DNA from: Octopus vulgaris
Taxonomy: Eukaryota
DNA: 64,000 nt
Direction: 5' to 3'
Assembly: GCA_951406725.2 (NCBI GenBank)
Contig: OX597839.1
Span: forward strand, 9,672,001-9,736,000
Below the pieces are notes generated by a model, which saw nothing but the letters and a program-made list of their open reading frames with translations, did no database searches and had not been told where the DNA came from. This document shows positions 38,800-52,181 of this stretch, one piece after another. A program made the translations under genes and the position numbers. How positions within the stretch are numbered: the stretch's first letter is position 1; each line of letters begins with the position of its first letter.

Positions 38800-39216
38800 G
38801 GATCTTTTCGGTTTGAATGGCAGTTTTTTCTAGCGGTGTCATATGAAATTGTCACCCATAATTATGACCCAAGTATCGATCTATTGCATTTTAATCTGTT
38901 TTAGTGTTAGGGTTAGGGGTGGGGGAAGGGTATCTTTTTTCTTCACAAATGTAAATAAACCCAATCTGTTTCTTAAACGAGGGACATATTCATACGGCAC
39001 AGAATGTTTTCACCTCAATAGACGTCATTGATTGGTTGAAATTGCAGAAATTGAAGAAAAAAACAACAACAAATATCTTACAAACCATAGAATTTTCTCA
39101 ATAAAGCCAAGAGAAAAAGATGTTTTATAAACACATTCTACCAGTATACGAAGTTTAAAAGTATTTAGTTACGTGGAAATTATTTTTAAAAATTGCCGTT
39201 CAAACCGAAAAGATCC
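38800..39216. mobile_element. GGATC-family MITE monomer, TSD AAAATTTG
   Basis: Same TIR and body; exact TSD. Confidence 0.92.
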
Positions 39217-40099
39217 AAAATTTGAAAAATAAAGTACAAAATGTAAAAACACAAAAAAATAATACAAGTTGTGCACGATGAATAGTATGCAAAAAAAAAA
39301 AAAAAAAAAGGAAGGAAGGATAAAAAGTAGGTTGACATTTTGAGTGAACCAGTTATCAAAGTATACTAAAAAGCAATAAAAAAGCAGTAAGAAAAGAAAT
39401 GATTCAGAATTTGTGAACAAGACTAAGACATACTCCAAATCCTCATCAATCTTTTCAAGGACCACTTGAAGATCTTATCCAAGTGAAGTACATTGCTTGT
39501 ATGTATTTCACTTAAATAAGACTCAGAGCCCTAAACAGTAGGCGCAGGAGTGGCTGTGTGGCAAGTAGCTTGCTAACCAACCACATGGTTCCGGGTTCAG
39601 TTCCACTGCGTGGCATCTTGGGCAAATGTCTTCTGCTATAGCCCTGGGCCGACCGATGCCTTGTGAGTGGATTTGGTAGATGCGTGTGTGTTTGTCCCCC
39701 TAGCATTGCTTGACAACCGATGCTGGTGTGTTTACGTCCCCGTCACTTAGCAGTTTGGCAAAAGAGACCGATAGAATAAGTACTGGGCTTACAAAGAATA
39801 AGTCCCGGGGTTGATTTGCTCGACTAAAAGGCGGTACTCCAGCATGGCTGCAGTCAAATGACTGAAACAAGTAAAAGAGTAAAAGAGTAGTATAAGTATT
39901 CTCTCTCTCTCTCCCAAGAACACTTGTCTGAAACACTGGATCTGTCAAACCCAAGGCAAACAAACTTGCTGTATTTGTTTTTATCTATGATAAACTTTTG
40001 TGTGTTTCAATTAATTTTTAAATAATTGAGAATTTAATAAAATAACATGTTCATTATTGAGCTCTTATTTGTAATGATACTTGAAAATTTTAATTTAAA

Positions 40100-40494
40100 C
40101 TAGCAGTATCGCCCAGCGTTGCTCGGGTTTGTAAGGGAAATAACTATATAAGCATTTTTAGAGATGTAAAGTATAATAGCCATCTCAATATGGCTAACCA
40201 CAAAGGGGGGTGTTACTGTAACTTTTTACGTTCTGAGATTTAATACTAAATCTTTAGAGAGTTACTTCCCTTATATATTCCAAAAATGCATTAAAAATGG
40301 GAAAAATTGATGGTAAATTTTTTTTTAAATCGTAGACTCATCGTAGACGCGCGCTAATACCCAGAAGGGCTCGATATGAATCACGACTATAAGATACCCG
40401 GTTTTGGTTAAACTGCACCGTAAAATGTGGGAGTAGTTAGAAATCTAAATCGTAGGAGACAGACAGCACACAACCTCACTTTTATATATAAAGA
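40100..40494 (-). mobile_element. Non-autonomous Helitron-like element
   Basis: Minus strand a|TCTTTATATATA...CCCGAGCAACGCTGGG hairpin...CTAG|t; no TSD. Confidence 0.75.
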
Positions 40495-40934
40495 TATATA
40501 GACAGCAGGTTTGTATCAGTTTCAGATGAGTCGTAAGCAAAGTTACATAACCCAGCCCCATGCTTCTTTATCTTTGAAACTACTGAATATTAGCAATAAT
40601 TTTTTTTTTAAACCTAGACTGAAGTGACTGATCTAATATTTACCCCTAATTTGTAAATTATTTGTAGTTGTGAGCTACATCCGTCACAGCTCTCATCCAC
40701 TAGGTCTCTCTCTGAAATATCCACTGACCATCTCACATTTAAAAAAATACTCAATAGGTGTAAGAGTGGCTGTGTGGTAAGTAGCTTGCTTACAAACCAT
40801 ATGATTTTGAGTTCAGTCCCACTGCGTGGCACCTTGGGCAAGTGTCTCCTACTATAGCCTCAGGTCAATCAAAGCCTTGTAAGTGGATTTGGTAGACAGA
40901 AACTGAAAGAAGCCCGTTGTATATATGTATATGC

Positions 40935-41270
40935 TCTCCTTATGAGAGCTCAAAATCTCTCGTGGAAGCGTCATCAAACCAAAATGCAAATATATGGGAA
41001 ACTACCACCTGTGTCATTTCTTGTGAAAGGTAGGAGAGTCCAGTTTGCTGGACATTGATGTAGAGCTGAAAACGAGGCAATTTCTACTCTTCTCCTCTGG
41101 AAGCCATCTACTCGCGATACCAGAGGGTGCACACTCTCCTACCCTAAAGTAATCTCCAGGGATACAGGCATCCAGCAACAGGACCTCCATAATGCTATGA
41201 TGGACTGTGAAGTCTGGCGTAGCATAGTAAATTCCATTGTCTCGACCATGGTCGAACAATGATGAGGATG
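40935..41270 (+). mobile_element. RTE-like LINE 3' fragment nested in a SINE
   Basis: Degenerate SWKRH..IYGKLPPVS..RRVQFAGH; (GAT)n-like tail; SINE sequence on both sides. Confidence 0.65.
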
Positions 41271-41951
41271 ATATGTATATGTATGTGTGTGTCTGTCCCC
41301 ATAACATCGCTTGACAACCGATGCTGGTGTGTTTACGTCCCTGTAACTTAGCGGTTCGGCAAAAGTTACTGATAGAATAAGTACTAGGCTTACAAAGAAT
41401 AAGTCCTGGGGTCGATTTGCTCGACTAAAGGCGGTACTCCAGCATGGCCACAGCCAAATGACTGAAACAAGTAAAAGAGTAAAGAATAAACATAGGTGCA
41501 GCCATGGTTGAGTGATTGAGAAGTTTGTTTTGCAACCACTGCAAAGAACTTTGGGTAAGTGTCCTCTATTAAAGACCTGAGCTGCCTGATGCCTTGTGAA
41601 TGCATTTAATAAACAGAAACTGTGTGGAAGTCGTGTGTGTGTGTGTTTGTCACAACCACTTCATTACTTGACAACTAGTGTTAGCTTGTTTACATCCCTG
41701 TAACTTAGCAGTTCTACAAAAGAAACTGATAGAATAAGTACTAGACTTTAAAAATAAAAATAAAAACTTGGGTTTATTTATTTGATTAATACCCTTCAAG
41801 ACGGTGCTACAGCAAGGCCATAAACCAATGAATGAAACAAGAATTAAAGGAAAGAAATATATCACAGCAAATAAAATTGTTTAAGGAAAGTGGAAAGTAA
41901 GGAAGAAAAGAAACGTAGTTTTCAGGACATAAGCATTGTTCTTTTACTTAC

Positions 41952-42038
41952 CAGAGTTTGTTGCGGAGGTTTGTCTATTAAGAACACCAAAGCAGCAGGA
42001 CTGGTGTTCACAAATTCGAAATCACATTCTATATTTTC
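41952..42038 (-). CDS. MYO18A: Myosin-XVIII exon ENIECDFEFVNTSPAALVFLIDKPPQQTL
   Basis: Hand translation; 87 nt, tttttag acceptor, GTAAGT donor, phase 0/0. Confidence 0.9.
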
Positions 42039-42152
42039 CTAAAAATAAAAGATATATATTTATATGAGTGTATGTGTGTATATGTATGTATGTATATATA
42101 TATATATATAATTTCTGTGCATTATTGAACATTTTCACTTTATATATGTGTG

Positions 42153-42185
<33 letters not shown>

Positions 42186-43883
42186 GGGTGTTTAGGTGAA
42201 TTTTCTAAGTCTGCATACCAAAAATAAGAGTATTTTTTTTAAAAAATCAAAAAATATCAACTTGATTATGGCTAGGAGATAACAGTTTACTCAAAGCAGC
42301 CACTATCTGCTTCTACCATGAACTCAAGACTGGCAAGATCTCTGAACATCTCCTTGATCTTGGCCACTAGCTTGACCTTGGTATTGCAGGCAAAGTGGTT
42401 GGCATATTTCTCAACCAGACCCCACCCCACACATAGTAGTCCAAGGGATTACAAATGCCAGAATTAGGGGCTGGTGAAGTTATAGAAATTCTGTGACAAC
42501 CACTTCTAACTCTTTCCAGAAGTATGGTAAGGAACTGAATCATGCTGCCACACATATGGTTCTCCAGTAGCAACCCTCTCCAGCCAAGGTTTGACCAAAG
42601 TCTCCAGCAGCTTCGCATAGCCATCTGAACTGAGCCTGAGGCCCTGTTCAAAAATGTGGGGATAAATTCTGGCATGTAGATGTGGTCAGAAGGCCTGTTG
42701 CATTCCATATCAGATGACTTGTAATTACTTAATTCATTGCTTGGTTTTACACCACTAACTGGCCTTCATATTTCAAAAAACTACCTGTAATTCAAAGGTC
42801 CATCCTCATCACACTCAGAATTAAAGTTCAAGTGTCTGAAGAATACTCAACCATTTACACTATAATAATACAATGAGTAGGTAGTTCTGTTGATGAAACT
42901 TGTGAAATACTCATTGTGGAAACTTAGAAACTGTTGATCAGCCCTTACAAATAAACATGTGGCACATTAAAAGCACCCACTACACTCTCGAAGTGGTTGG
43001 CATTAGGAAGGGCATCCAGCTGTAGAAACTCTGCCAAATCAAGATTGGAGACTGGTGCAACGATCTGGTTCGCCAGCCCTCAGTCAAAATCGTCCAACCC
43101 ATGTTAGCATGGAAAGTGGACGTTAAACGATGATGATGATGATGATGAATGGCTGACCTTGATAATTTGTCAAAACATCAGCATGCTTTTGACATCTTAC
43201 AAATAACCTAAGAAGATATCATTTATAAAGTTTCAACACCTAAATTAGAATGCATATGACTCAAGAGAATCTAGAGCCGTGTTCCATGATACGAGAGGAG
43301 GAGGGCATATAGATAAAAAAAGGAGAAGACAAATTGTCATGTTAAATTAAATGAAGGTTTCCAACTTTTTCTGCTGTTAATTATGATGGCAAAAAAAGAG
43401 GTACAAACACTATTTTCTCCCTATAATAAATATTGGGGTGAAGGGCAACAATTCTATTAATATATTTTTAAAGGGGGCTCCTGATGTTTGTTAATGTCAG
43501 AAGCTGTGATCTCAAGTACCCGTAGACAAAAAAAAAAAAAGCTCAGTTGTGTTGTGGTGGAAAACGAGGGTCAGATGGGATGAGATGCGAGGGTACAGAC
43601 AGGTCAGGTGTTGTGTGGTGTGATGTACAATTAGGTGAACTCTTGTGTGGTATGATGTATAATTAGGTCAACTGACATGGAATGAGGTGTAATTGGGTCA
43701 GTTGCAATTAGGTCAAGTCATTTCATGTAGTGTTAATTTACAGTTGGGTCTCCCCCCCCCGCCATGGTTTGATGTGTGTGATATGTAATTAGGTCAGTTA
43801 CTGTTGTGCTTAGTGTAATTAATTAGTCAAGTTAGTGTGTGGTACAATGAACAATTACTGAAGCTTTGCTGTCTTCAACTTGC

Positions 43884-44076
43884 CTGAGAATATCGATCCT
43901 GTTGCAGAGTGAATGTTGCATCATGGAAGAATAACTGTAAGCGTTCTTGAATATAGTTGCAACAAAGGTCTTCAAATGTAGCACCTGAGTTACGACCACA
44001 AGTTGATGGATTCTGGAATCCAGGTGTGTCAAGAATTGTGATGGATCCAAGGTTGCGATAATTTGACATTAATGAT
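43884..44076 (-). CDS. MYO18A: Myosin-XVIII exon with switch II and relay (ILDTPGFQNP...FEDLCCNYIQERLQ)
   Basis: 193 nt, tttttag acceptor, non-canonical CAG|GCAAGT donor, phase 2/0. Confidence 0.92.
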
Positions 44077-44138
44077 CTAAAAATACAACAAAGGAAAATG
44101 AAATGGTTAATATTTAGATTTCAGAATATTACCAATTA

Positions 44139-44175
<37 letters not shown>

Positions 44176-44219
44176 TACTATATGTGTCATATGCCCCAAG
44201 TATAAAATATACTTATTAT

Positions 44220-44348
44220 GATGAAATTACAGGAATAAAAACATCAGAAGTTACCAGTGGCGAAATTACTGGGGGTAAAATTACCAGGGACAAAATCACC
44301 GGGGATGAAATTTCCAGTGGTGAATTTTCTAGTGGTGAAATTACCCAC
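44220..44348. repeat. Degenerate 15-bp tandem repeat (ggtgaaattaccagt-like)
   Basis: About 8 units visible. Confidence 0.75.
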
Positions 44349-44592
44349 ATTCATTACATGATCCCTCAATGTGCTAGAAATAGGAACCATACCATCCTTA
44401 AATCTCACACCACTATAGTCCTTTAAAAAAGGACACACTGGAGAATGTGATCGTTGTTAAAACATGCCCTAAAAAGAAAAGATGTATGGTCATGCTTGCA
44501 ATGCCTTCGATCTAACTGAATCAAAACTGACTTTATCAGTAAAAAGAAAAAAAAAGTGAAAATGGAGCATAAAGAAAATGTTTCCTACTAAC

Positions 44593-44718
44593 CTATTTAT
44601 TAAACCAACCAGGACACTGAACAGTTCTGTGTATAAACCTGTGAGGAAAGCTTCAAGGGCATCGGTTGCAGAAGATCCAGACTCTCCTCCAGTGTGCCTA
44701 TCAGCAGCATTAGAGATC
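44593..44718 (-). CDS. MYO18A: Myosin-XVIII exon ISNAADRH...DALEAFLTGLYTELFSVLVGLIN
   Basis: Hand translation; 126 nt, ctccgcag acceptor, GTTAGT donor, phase 2/2; LY.ELF..LV..IN helix. Confidence 0.92.
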
Positions 44719-46241
44719 CTGCGGAGAAAAACATGGAAACATCCTCAAACAATTCATCAAACAACAGCAGAGATTCTGTAGCGAAAAAACATTATCAAAC
44801 ATTTTCCCTTGAACATAAACAGTAACAAGACAATATCATGAAGCATGTATCTTAAATTTACACAATAAGAACTCTCACAATGTGAAACAAATACAAGGAC
44901 AGAGAAACAACAAAGCAAACAATCTAATGAAGGGAGCCTCTACAGGCAGAAGTGTTCATTCTAGATGGTGACAGTAAAATTTTGAAACAAGATTGTTTAT
45001 CTTTGAAATATTTATCAGAATGTGAAATGTTGATGAATAAAAATGAGGAGTAGTTATTATACACCAATTATTATATATACTCTACTCTTTTACTTGTTTC
45101 AGTCATGTGACTGTGGCCATGCTGGAGCACCGCCTTTAGTCGAGCAAATCAATCCCAGGACTTATTCTTTGTAAGCCTAGTACTTATCCTATCGGTCTCT
45201 TTTGCCGAACCGCTAAGTTACGGGGACGTAAACACACCAGCATTGGTTGTCAAGCGATGTTGGGGGGGGGGGACAAACACAGTCGCACAAACATATACAC
45301 ACACATACATACACATATATACGACGGGCTTCTTTCAGTTTCCGTCTACCAAATCCACTCACAAGGCTTTGGTCAGCCCGAGGCTATAGTAGAAGACTCT
45401 TGCCCAAGGTGCCACGCAGGTGACTGAACCCGGAACCATGTGGCTGGTAAGCAAGCTACTTACCACACAGCCACTCCTGCGCCTATTTTTAAGATATATT
45501 TAAGATTCCCAGAAGATTAATGAATTACTGAAATGGATCACAACAGTAAAACGTTTAGGAAACAATGCTCTTTATGGACACCTAAAACTTACTAGAAATA
45601 GCAAGCAAATCTCCCACAAGTCACACCCCAATGTCTTTTAAAATGAATTAAACACAGAAGATAATGCTGTCATGCATACTCTTAAAAACAGTGAATACCT
45701 TTGAATAACTGGAATACCTTTGATGCGATGTCTGCTTGAATGATCTCCGGCTTAATAAGAACACCAACGTTGAAGCAAGCAGAAGTTTACAGAAAGGCAA
45801 AATATGTTTTAACTCCTTTAATCTTTTTGACACCACCCTGTTAGAGACTACCCCTGGTTCTACAACAAACTTCCTGTAATAAAGTGATCTAAACTAAAAG
45901 CTTACATTAAAATTTCTTGTTATCTTTTTCCATTGGTTAATATAACTGCTCATATAAGGATTCTAAAAAGTTACTTAAAGAATATTTGTAAAGGATTTTG
46001 ATTCTTTTTAGTCAAGTTGAGCAGTTATAAAAACCCTGGATTTTAGGAAAAACTTCTGTCATCTTTTGTATACTTTACTTCAAGAACTGTTCCAGAAGTT
46101 ATGTTTGCATCAGTGGAAGGTGGATCAAACTCTGTCTTACAAATCCTATCATGTTGATTCAACTGACTTATCCCTTTCTCAGTCAAATTTTCGACAAACA
46201 GTGTTGGCGCAAGCAATCCTAACTCAGACACATAGTCATAC

Positions 46242-46389
46242 CTCATAGAAGCACTTCGGGTTAAGGTGCCACTTGATCCTGCTGATGGGCTGAAGATTGT
46301 ACGTGCAAGTTCCTCCACTTTGATGCCCAGAAGGTTTGCAGCTTTCTGTGCGGCTGCAGGTTTTGCAAACTGTGCTTTATTGTTGGTTC
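46242..46389 (-). CDS. MYO18A: Myosin-XVIII exon TNNKAQFAKPAAAQKAANLLG...TRSASM
   Basis: 148 nt, tttcag acceptor, GTATGA donor, phase 1/2. Confidence 0.92.
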
Positions 46390-47673
46390 CTGAAATGACA
46401 CACAAAATAAACAGAACTTCATAAAAATGAAACAAAACAAAAGTTACTTAACAAAAAAGGAGAGGAATTGCTTCTAAATTCATTGCTTCTTCTATGGCCA
46501 CCTCTCTATTTTGGGTGTATCAGGCTCACAATAGTAATCCTAGGTTATTACTGCATCCAGATTAGGCCACTTCCCCATATCCGAGTGTGTTATGTTCACT
46601 ATGGACACAAAGGCAATCCTAGAAAGATCATCATACAAACATCATCATCATCATCGTTTAATGTCCGCTTTCCATGCTAGCATGGGTTGAACGATTTTGA
46701 CCGAGGGCTGGCGAGCCAGATGGCTACACCAGGCCCCAATCTTGATTTGGCAGAGTTTCTACAGCTGGATGCCCTTCCTAATGCCAACCACTCCGAGAGT
46801 GTAGTGGGTGCTTTTTACGTGCCACCGGCACGGGGGCCAGTCAGGCGGCACTGGCAATGACCTCGCTCGAATCTTTTTACACGTGCCAGTGAAGCTACGT
46901 TGGTAACGATAACGCTTGAATGGTGTCTTTTAACGTGCCATGGGTATGGAAGCCAGTTGGCTGCTCTGGCAACGATCACGCTGAGACGGTGCTCTTGGCA
47001 CCCTACTATTGTACAGAAATCTCTGCAAACACTGTGTCAAAAGTTCCTTCTGCTCCTTCACAGATAAGGACTAAGTCCTGCAATAGCTTGGTATTCTAAG
47101 AACAAAAAGTAGTGGTGGTGGCTGTGACGATCATGGCGATGGGGTTAGTGCCAGTGGTAATGGTGAAATAGTTACAGTGGCAGCAGCTGCGATGTTGATA
47201 GGGGATGATGGCAGAGATTGTGATATTGATGGTGAAGTTGAAGAAGAAGGTGGAAGGGCAATGATGGTAATAAGGGGTGAGTTGGCAGTGGTGATGGTGA
47301 TGAGGGTTATAAGGGTGATGATACAGAAAGGTGGCGAGCTGGCAGAATCGTTTGCATGCCGGGCAAAATGCCTAGAGGTATTTCATCGGTCTTTACGTTC
47401 TGAGTTCAAATTCCACCGAGGTTGACTTTGCCTTTCATTCTTTCGGGGATCGATAAATTAAGTACCAGTTGTGTACTGGGGTCGATCTAATCAACTGGCT
47501 CCCTCCCCCAAAATGTCAGGCCTTGTGCATAGAGTAGAAAAGAGTGATGACACAGATATTAGTGAAACTGATGACAATCCTCCTGAGAACACCAACAAAA
47601 TAATTCTCTCAAAATTATTGAGAGAAGACTTAATAATTCAGACAACATAATTAATGAGGAATGTTAGACATAC

Positions 47674-47818
47674 CTTTAACAGCTCCTGCAGTTTCAAGAT
47701 GGTAAATAGCTGCCAATACATAGAATACTGCCTTCATTTCATCAGGTGAAAATCCGAGAACTTCCATAGCATTGGTCACTTTGGCCCAAGACTGTGCTGC
47801 CTTTTGTCTGTCTTCAGT
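47674..47818 (-). CDS. MYO18A: Myosin-XVIII exon TEDRQKAAQSW...LAAIYHLETAGAVK
   Basis: 145 nt, ttacag acceptor, GTATGT donor, phase 0/1; AMEVLGF and LAAIYHL motifs. Confidence 0.93.
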
Positions 47819-47922
47819 CTGTAATAAATAAGACATTTGAGTGGACACTCAAGAGGGGCATAAAATAGAGGTACGGAGTGAAAGACTTGTTGGTGTAAAG
47901 TGGAAGGTTTGATGATGTGGAG

Positions 47923-49231
47923 TACTTCGAGGGATGTTCATTAAAGATTTCCCCTGACCCACTTCCCAAAGACTGGAATAAATGAAACTTGACATAATTA
48001 TTAGTCCTTCTCTACATAGCCACCACCAATGGTGACACACTTCTCCTATCGCTTTATGCAGTTGTGAAGACCTCATCTGTAGAAGTCAGTAGGTTGCGTC
48101 TGGAGTCAAGACTTTACCTCGGAAATAAGTTCATTATCATCCAAAAAGTGCTTCTCCTTAAAAAAAAACTTCATGGTAGGAAAGAGATGGAAGTCAGAAA
48201 GAGATGGTGCGAGGTCAGGAGAGCAAGGGGGATAAGGAAGGATTTCATAGCCACAGGAGTGTGCTTTCATCTGGGCAACATGTGTATTGTGAACTGGGGC
48301 GTTGCCTTGGAGGCAAACTCCTTTGGTCGGTATGCCATGCCTCTGTGCTTTGATGGCACCCGCAATTTCTGCAGTAGAGAAGCATAATATGCCCCGTTAA
48401 TTATGATGCACTTTGCCAGAAAATCCATTATCACTACTCTGCGCTGGTCCCTAAAGACTGTGAGCATCACTGTACCTGCTGAGAGTTGGACACGAGCCTT
48501 CTTTGGAGGTGATGAGTTATCATGCTTCCATCGTTTCGACTGGACTTTAATCTCAGGATTACAGTGATGGACCCATGTTTCATCCCGTGTGATAAGTCTG
48601 CCGAAAAAGTCCTCCTTGTTTTCTTGGCACATTGTCAAAAGAGCCTGGGTGCAATTGACTCATTCCTGCTTCTGAAAAGGTGTGGACATCTGGGAATCCA
48701 TTGTGCAGACAACTTCTGCATGTGCAAATGGTTGTGAATGATTTTTTCTATGGTCTATGGACCCTATACTTGTCTTCACTTCTTGGGCTAGTTTCCGAAT
48801 AGTTATGTGGCGATCCTCAAAAATGACAACTTCCACGTTATGGATGGTGTCGTCAGTAATGGCAAAATGTGGTCATTCAGGAATAGGAGCAGTTTCTACT
48901 GGTGTCTGACTTCATTTGAAATGGTAATGCCAGTGCTTGACTACATTTTATGATGGTGCATCATCATCATAAACTTCTTTCATCTCATCGAAAGTCTCTC
49001 TTGCTGTACGACCTTTCAAGTATAAGAACCTGACCACTGATCTGCATTCAGCTGCCTCCAGTATAACATCTTAGTCCATTTCAGCAGCCGTAAAAGATAA
49101 ACGAATACAAGTGGAAAGCTGAAATTTACAATGTGATGTGTAGAGACATATATGATTATACCTGTATAACTTCTGTTTCCTGCAATAACCAGAAGTGAGT
49201 CAGGGGAAATCTTTAATGAACACCCTTCGTA
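47923..49231 (-). mobile_element. Full-length but disabled mariner transposon
   Basis: TIRs cgagggatgttcattaaagatttcccctgac and gtcaggggaaatctttaatgaacacccttcg; LITRDETWVHH catalytic motif; stops and frameshifts. Confidence 0.88.
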
Positions 49232-49313
49232 TGTTAAGTAGTATGAAAGGGGACATTTGATGTGATGTGGATGGAAAGGCATGTTTCATAATGTTCCAGG
49301 TTTTCTTGAACAA

Positions 49314-49925
49314 AGTGCAATGTTTGATGGTATGGAGTACAATGTTTGATGGCATGGAGAGCAATGCTTAATACTGTGCAGTGCAATGCTTGGTGGTGTG
49401 GAGTGTGATGTTTGATAGTGTGGAGTGCAATGTCTGGCAATATGGAGTGCAATGTTTAGTGGTGTGTAGTGCAATGTTTGATGGTGTGTAGTGCAATGTT
49501 TGATGGTATGGAGAGCAATGTTTGATGGCATGGAGAGCAATGTTTGATAGTGTGAAGTGCAATGTTTGGTGGTGTGGAGTGTGATGTTTGATAGTGTGGA
49601 GTGCAATGTCTGGCAGTATGGAGTGCAATGTTTGGCAGTGTGTAGTGCAATGTTTGATGGTGTGTAGTGCAATGTTTGATGTCATGGAGAGCAATGTTTG
49701 ATGGCATGGAGAGCAATGTTTGATAGTGTGAAGTGCAATGCTTGGTGGTGTGGAATGTGATGTTTGATAGTGTGGAGTGCAACGTCTGGCAGTATGGAGT
49801 GCAATGTTTGGCAGTGTGTAGTGCAATGTTTGGTGGTGTGTAGTGCAATGTTTGATGGTGTGTAGTGCAATGTTTGATGGTATGGAGAGCAGTGTTTGAT
49901 AGTGTGTAGTGCAATGTTTGGTGGT
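49314..49925. repeat. 22-bp minisatellite (~28 units) with 176-bp higher-order period
   Basis: Unit agtgcaatgtttgatggtgtgt; the variant monomer tgtgatg recurs near 49403, 49579 and 49755. Confidence 0.92.
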
Positions 49926-51098
49926 ATAGAATGGGGGTATTTAGTGTTGTGAGGTGGAATGTTTGAGGTAGTGTAGAACAACAACTTGTGGTTCACAACT
50001 TCATTACACTCCAAACATCAGTTTTACTGGACAAGTCACTTTATTCTACATGACTCAGTTCACCTAACTTTGAAAAAAAAGTCACCCACAGCAAATCAAA
50101 TTTCTAGACATAGGAGGTAGATTTGCCACAAAGTTAAATACAACAGTAACCAGAAGTAGAGAATAGTTCAATAAAGTCCTGTGATTCACAACAATATCAT
50201 TAGTAACTACAGATTACATCAATTTCCACCCTCATCCATACACACTCTAAACCAGACCCACCCTACTCCATTTTCTATCTCAATTCATTGTCATTCCAAA
50301 GAATCCACCAAAAAGCTCCAGTCTTCTTAAATTTACTTCTTTCCCCTAAAATTTATCTCTAATTACAAACTTGAATAAACTGAAATAGTATCAACAGCCA
50401 CACCCAACATTTAAGGCCTTTAATTCCAGGCAGACTATGAGAAATTAAGCAGTCATAAGTGCTCCTCTCTAGAATAATTCAACCACAGAAAATTAATTTA
50501 TTCTTGATTAATGGAAAAAAAGTATAGTTTCAGGTGTGGTGGGAGGAGTGGTGATTAGAAAATGCAACATTAAAACTTATTACATCTTACTTTACACATA
50601 TCCATGCAGAAACACAAGCACCATTACACACATACACCAATAAACACAGTACAAACACCCCCACCCCTGTTACACACAAATACCCATACAGAAAATATTG
50701 CTCCTCACATACACATTGTTCTTAACACAAACACAAGACTCCACAGTTCTTGTTAAAGTGGTAATAAAGGAATGAATCATTATAGAGATGTACAAGGCTG
50801 TACCATTGACCGACATAAGAAAATACAAATATTTTGAGAATAACTCTGGGACTCCATCTGCATACAAAAACAAGAGTTAAGATATTTAATGAAGAGAGCA
50901 GTTAAGATATCTAATACAGGGAGCAGCAGTGTAGTACATGGTGCTGAGCATTCCATAGACACATAATCCTTACATATAATCCTCAGGTAGATTCAAAGTG
51001 ACACTGTGTATGACAAGGCAAGACATGTGAATTACAGTTTTCTATCTAATTACACACCTAATGCAGTCAGCTTGGCTATGTTTCACTAAAGCTAACCA

Positions 51099-51443
51099 AA
51101 GTCCATCCCCTCCTCACCGTGGTGGGGACGCTGGCAACGGGTAGTGTCAGAGCTATGCCGTCGGGAACTTCGGTTCCTGGTAGGGCCACCCAAGGTGGAT
51201 TGGTCTGACATCGAGTGGTATTAGGGCCACAACCCGGCTCTGGTGAAAATCCTCGGAGTGTCTGTTTCGGCAACCGGTGGCTCCTCGGTCGTTCTGTCCC
51301 TGCGTCTGTGGACAATCTGCAGCAAACAGGATGTCTCTACATGCGGGATTGTGAAATCCACATATTCCCACAAAACTTCTTCCATGAGTAGAAGAAGCCG
51401 ACTCAACCCGCCCAGGGTGAATGTTGCCACAAGTACAAGTAAG
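51099..51443 (+). mobile_element. Short non-autonomous RTE-derived element with 12-bp TSD
   Basis: TSD taaagctaacca at 51087-51098 and 51444-51455; RTE-type 5' UTR motif gagctatgccg..agggccacccaa; (acaagt)n tail. Confidence 0.7.
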
Positions 51444-51514
51444 TAAAGCTAACCACTCATGACTTACTGCTCAACAACAACTTCAACAACAACAACAACA
51501 ACAACATTACTTAC

Positions 51515-51575
51515 TCTTTGAAGAGGTGTCATGTATGTATTCTGCTCATTCAGAGTGGTCAGCTGCAATTCATTC
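51515..51575 (-). CDS. MYO18A: Myosin-XVIII short exon (R)NELQLTTLNEQNTYMTPLQR
   Basis: 61 nt, tttacag acceptor, GTAAGT donor; phase 2/0 fits both neighbours. Confidence 0.88.
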
Positions 51576-51809
51576 CTGTAAAGGAAAAAATTTATAAATA
51601 TACAAGGCACAGGCATGGTTGAGTGGTTAAGACGTTTGCTTCCCAACCACATGGTACTAGGTTCAGTCCTACTGCATGACACATTGGGCAAGTTTCTTAT
51701 AATATAGCCTTGTAAATGGATTTGATATGCACACACAAAGTGTATCCTAGTTTTAGAACAGGTACACCTTGTTCTGCATATCATCAAAGGGTTGACAACA
51801 GGAAAGGCA

Positions 51810-52181
51810 TCTCTCTATATATAAATAGCAAAATGTCTGTGTGTGTGTGTGTGTGTCCTTTATGCAAATCCACAATTTTTCAGTTAGAGGGCTCGCACTT
51901 TCTATGGTCATTCAAAACCGTCCATGGGTGGTTGTGCACATCTTTATATTTCCCCAGTCATCCTGCAAAGCCATTAAAAAATCAATAGAAGTGACTTTTT
52001 TATGAATTTTCTATCCAAAACCCAATCAAAATACCCGAAACTTGATACGCCAATTGAATGCCAGGTAGCTGTATGTGATTGGTCAGAGATTTGGACAGTA
52101 CTCGCGTGTATCTGTGCACGCACGCAGCTGTATATGCATGCACTAGCACTATGTCCCGGCGTTGCTGGGTCATAGTGCTAA
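51810..52181 (+). mobile_element. Helitron-like element, reverse-complement copy of 26221-26585
   Basis: Inserted at an A|T site within a repeat relic (ggca|tct); same terminal hairpin. Confidence 0.72.

Noticed and set aside
49234-50014. His/Cys-rich repetitive ORFs
   Set aside because: A 22-bp unit shifts frame each repeat, so all frames give the same peptide; no splice support seen.
51221-51430. Possible extra myosin exon
   Set aside because: It lies inside a TSD-bounded insertion, and exons 51515 and 47818 already join in frame.
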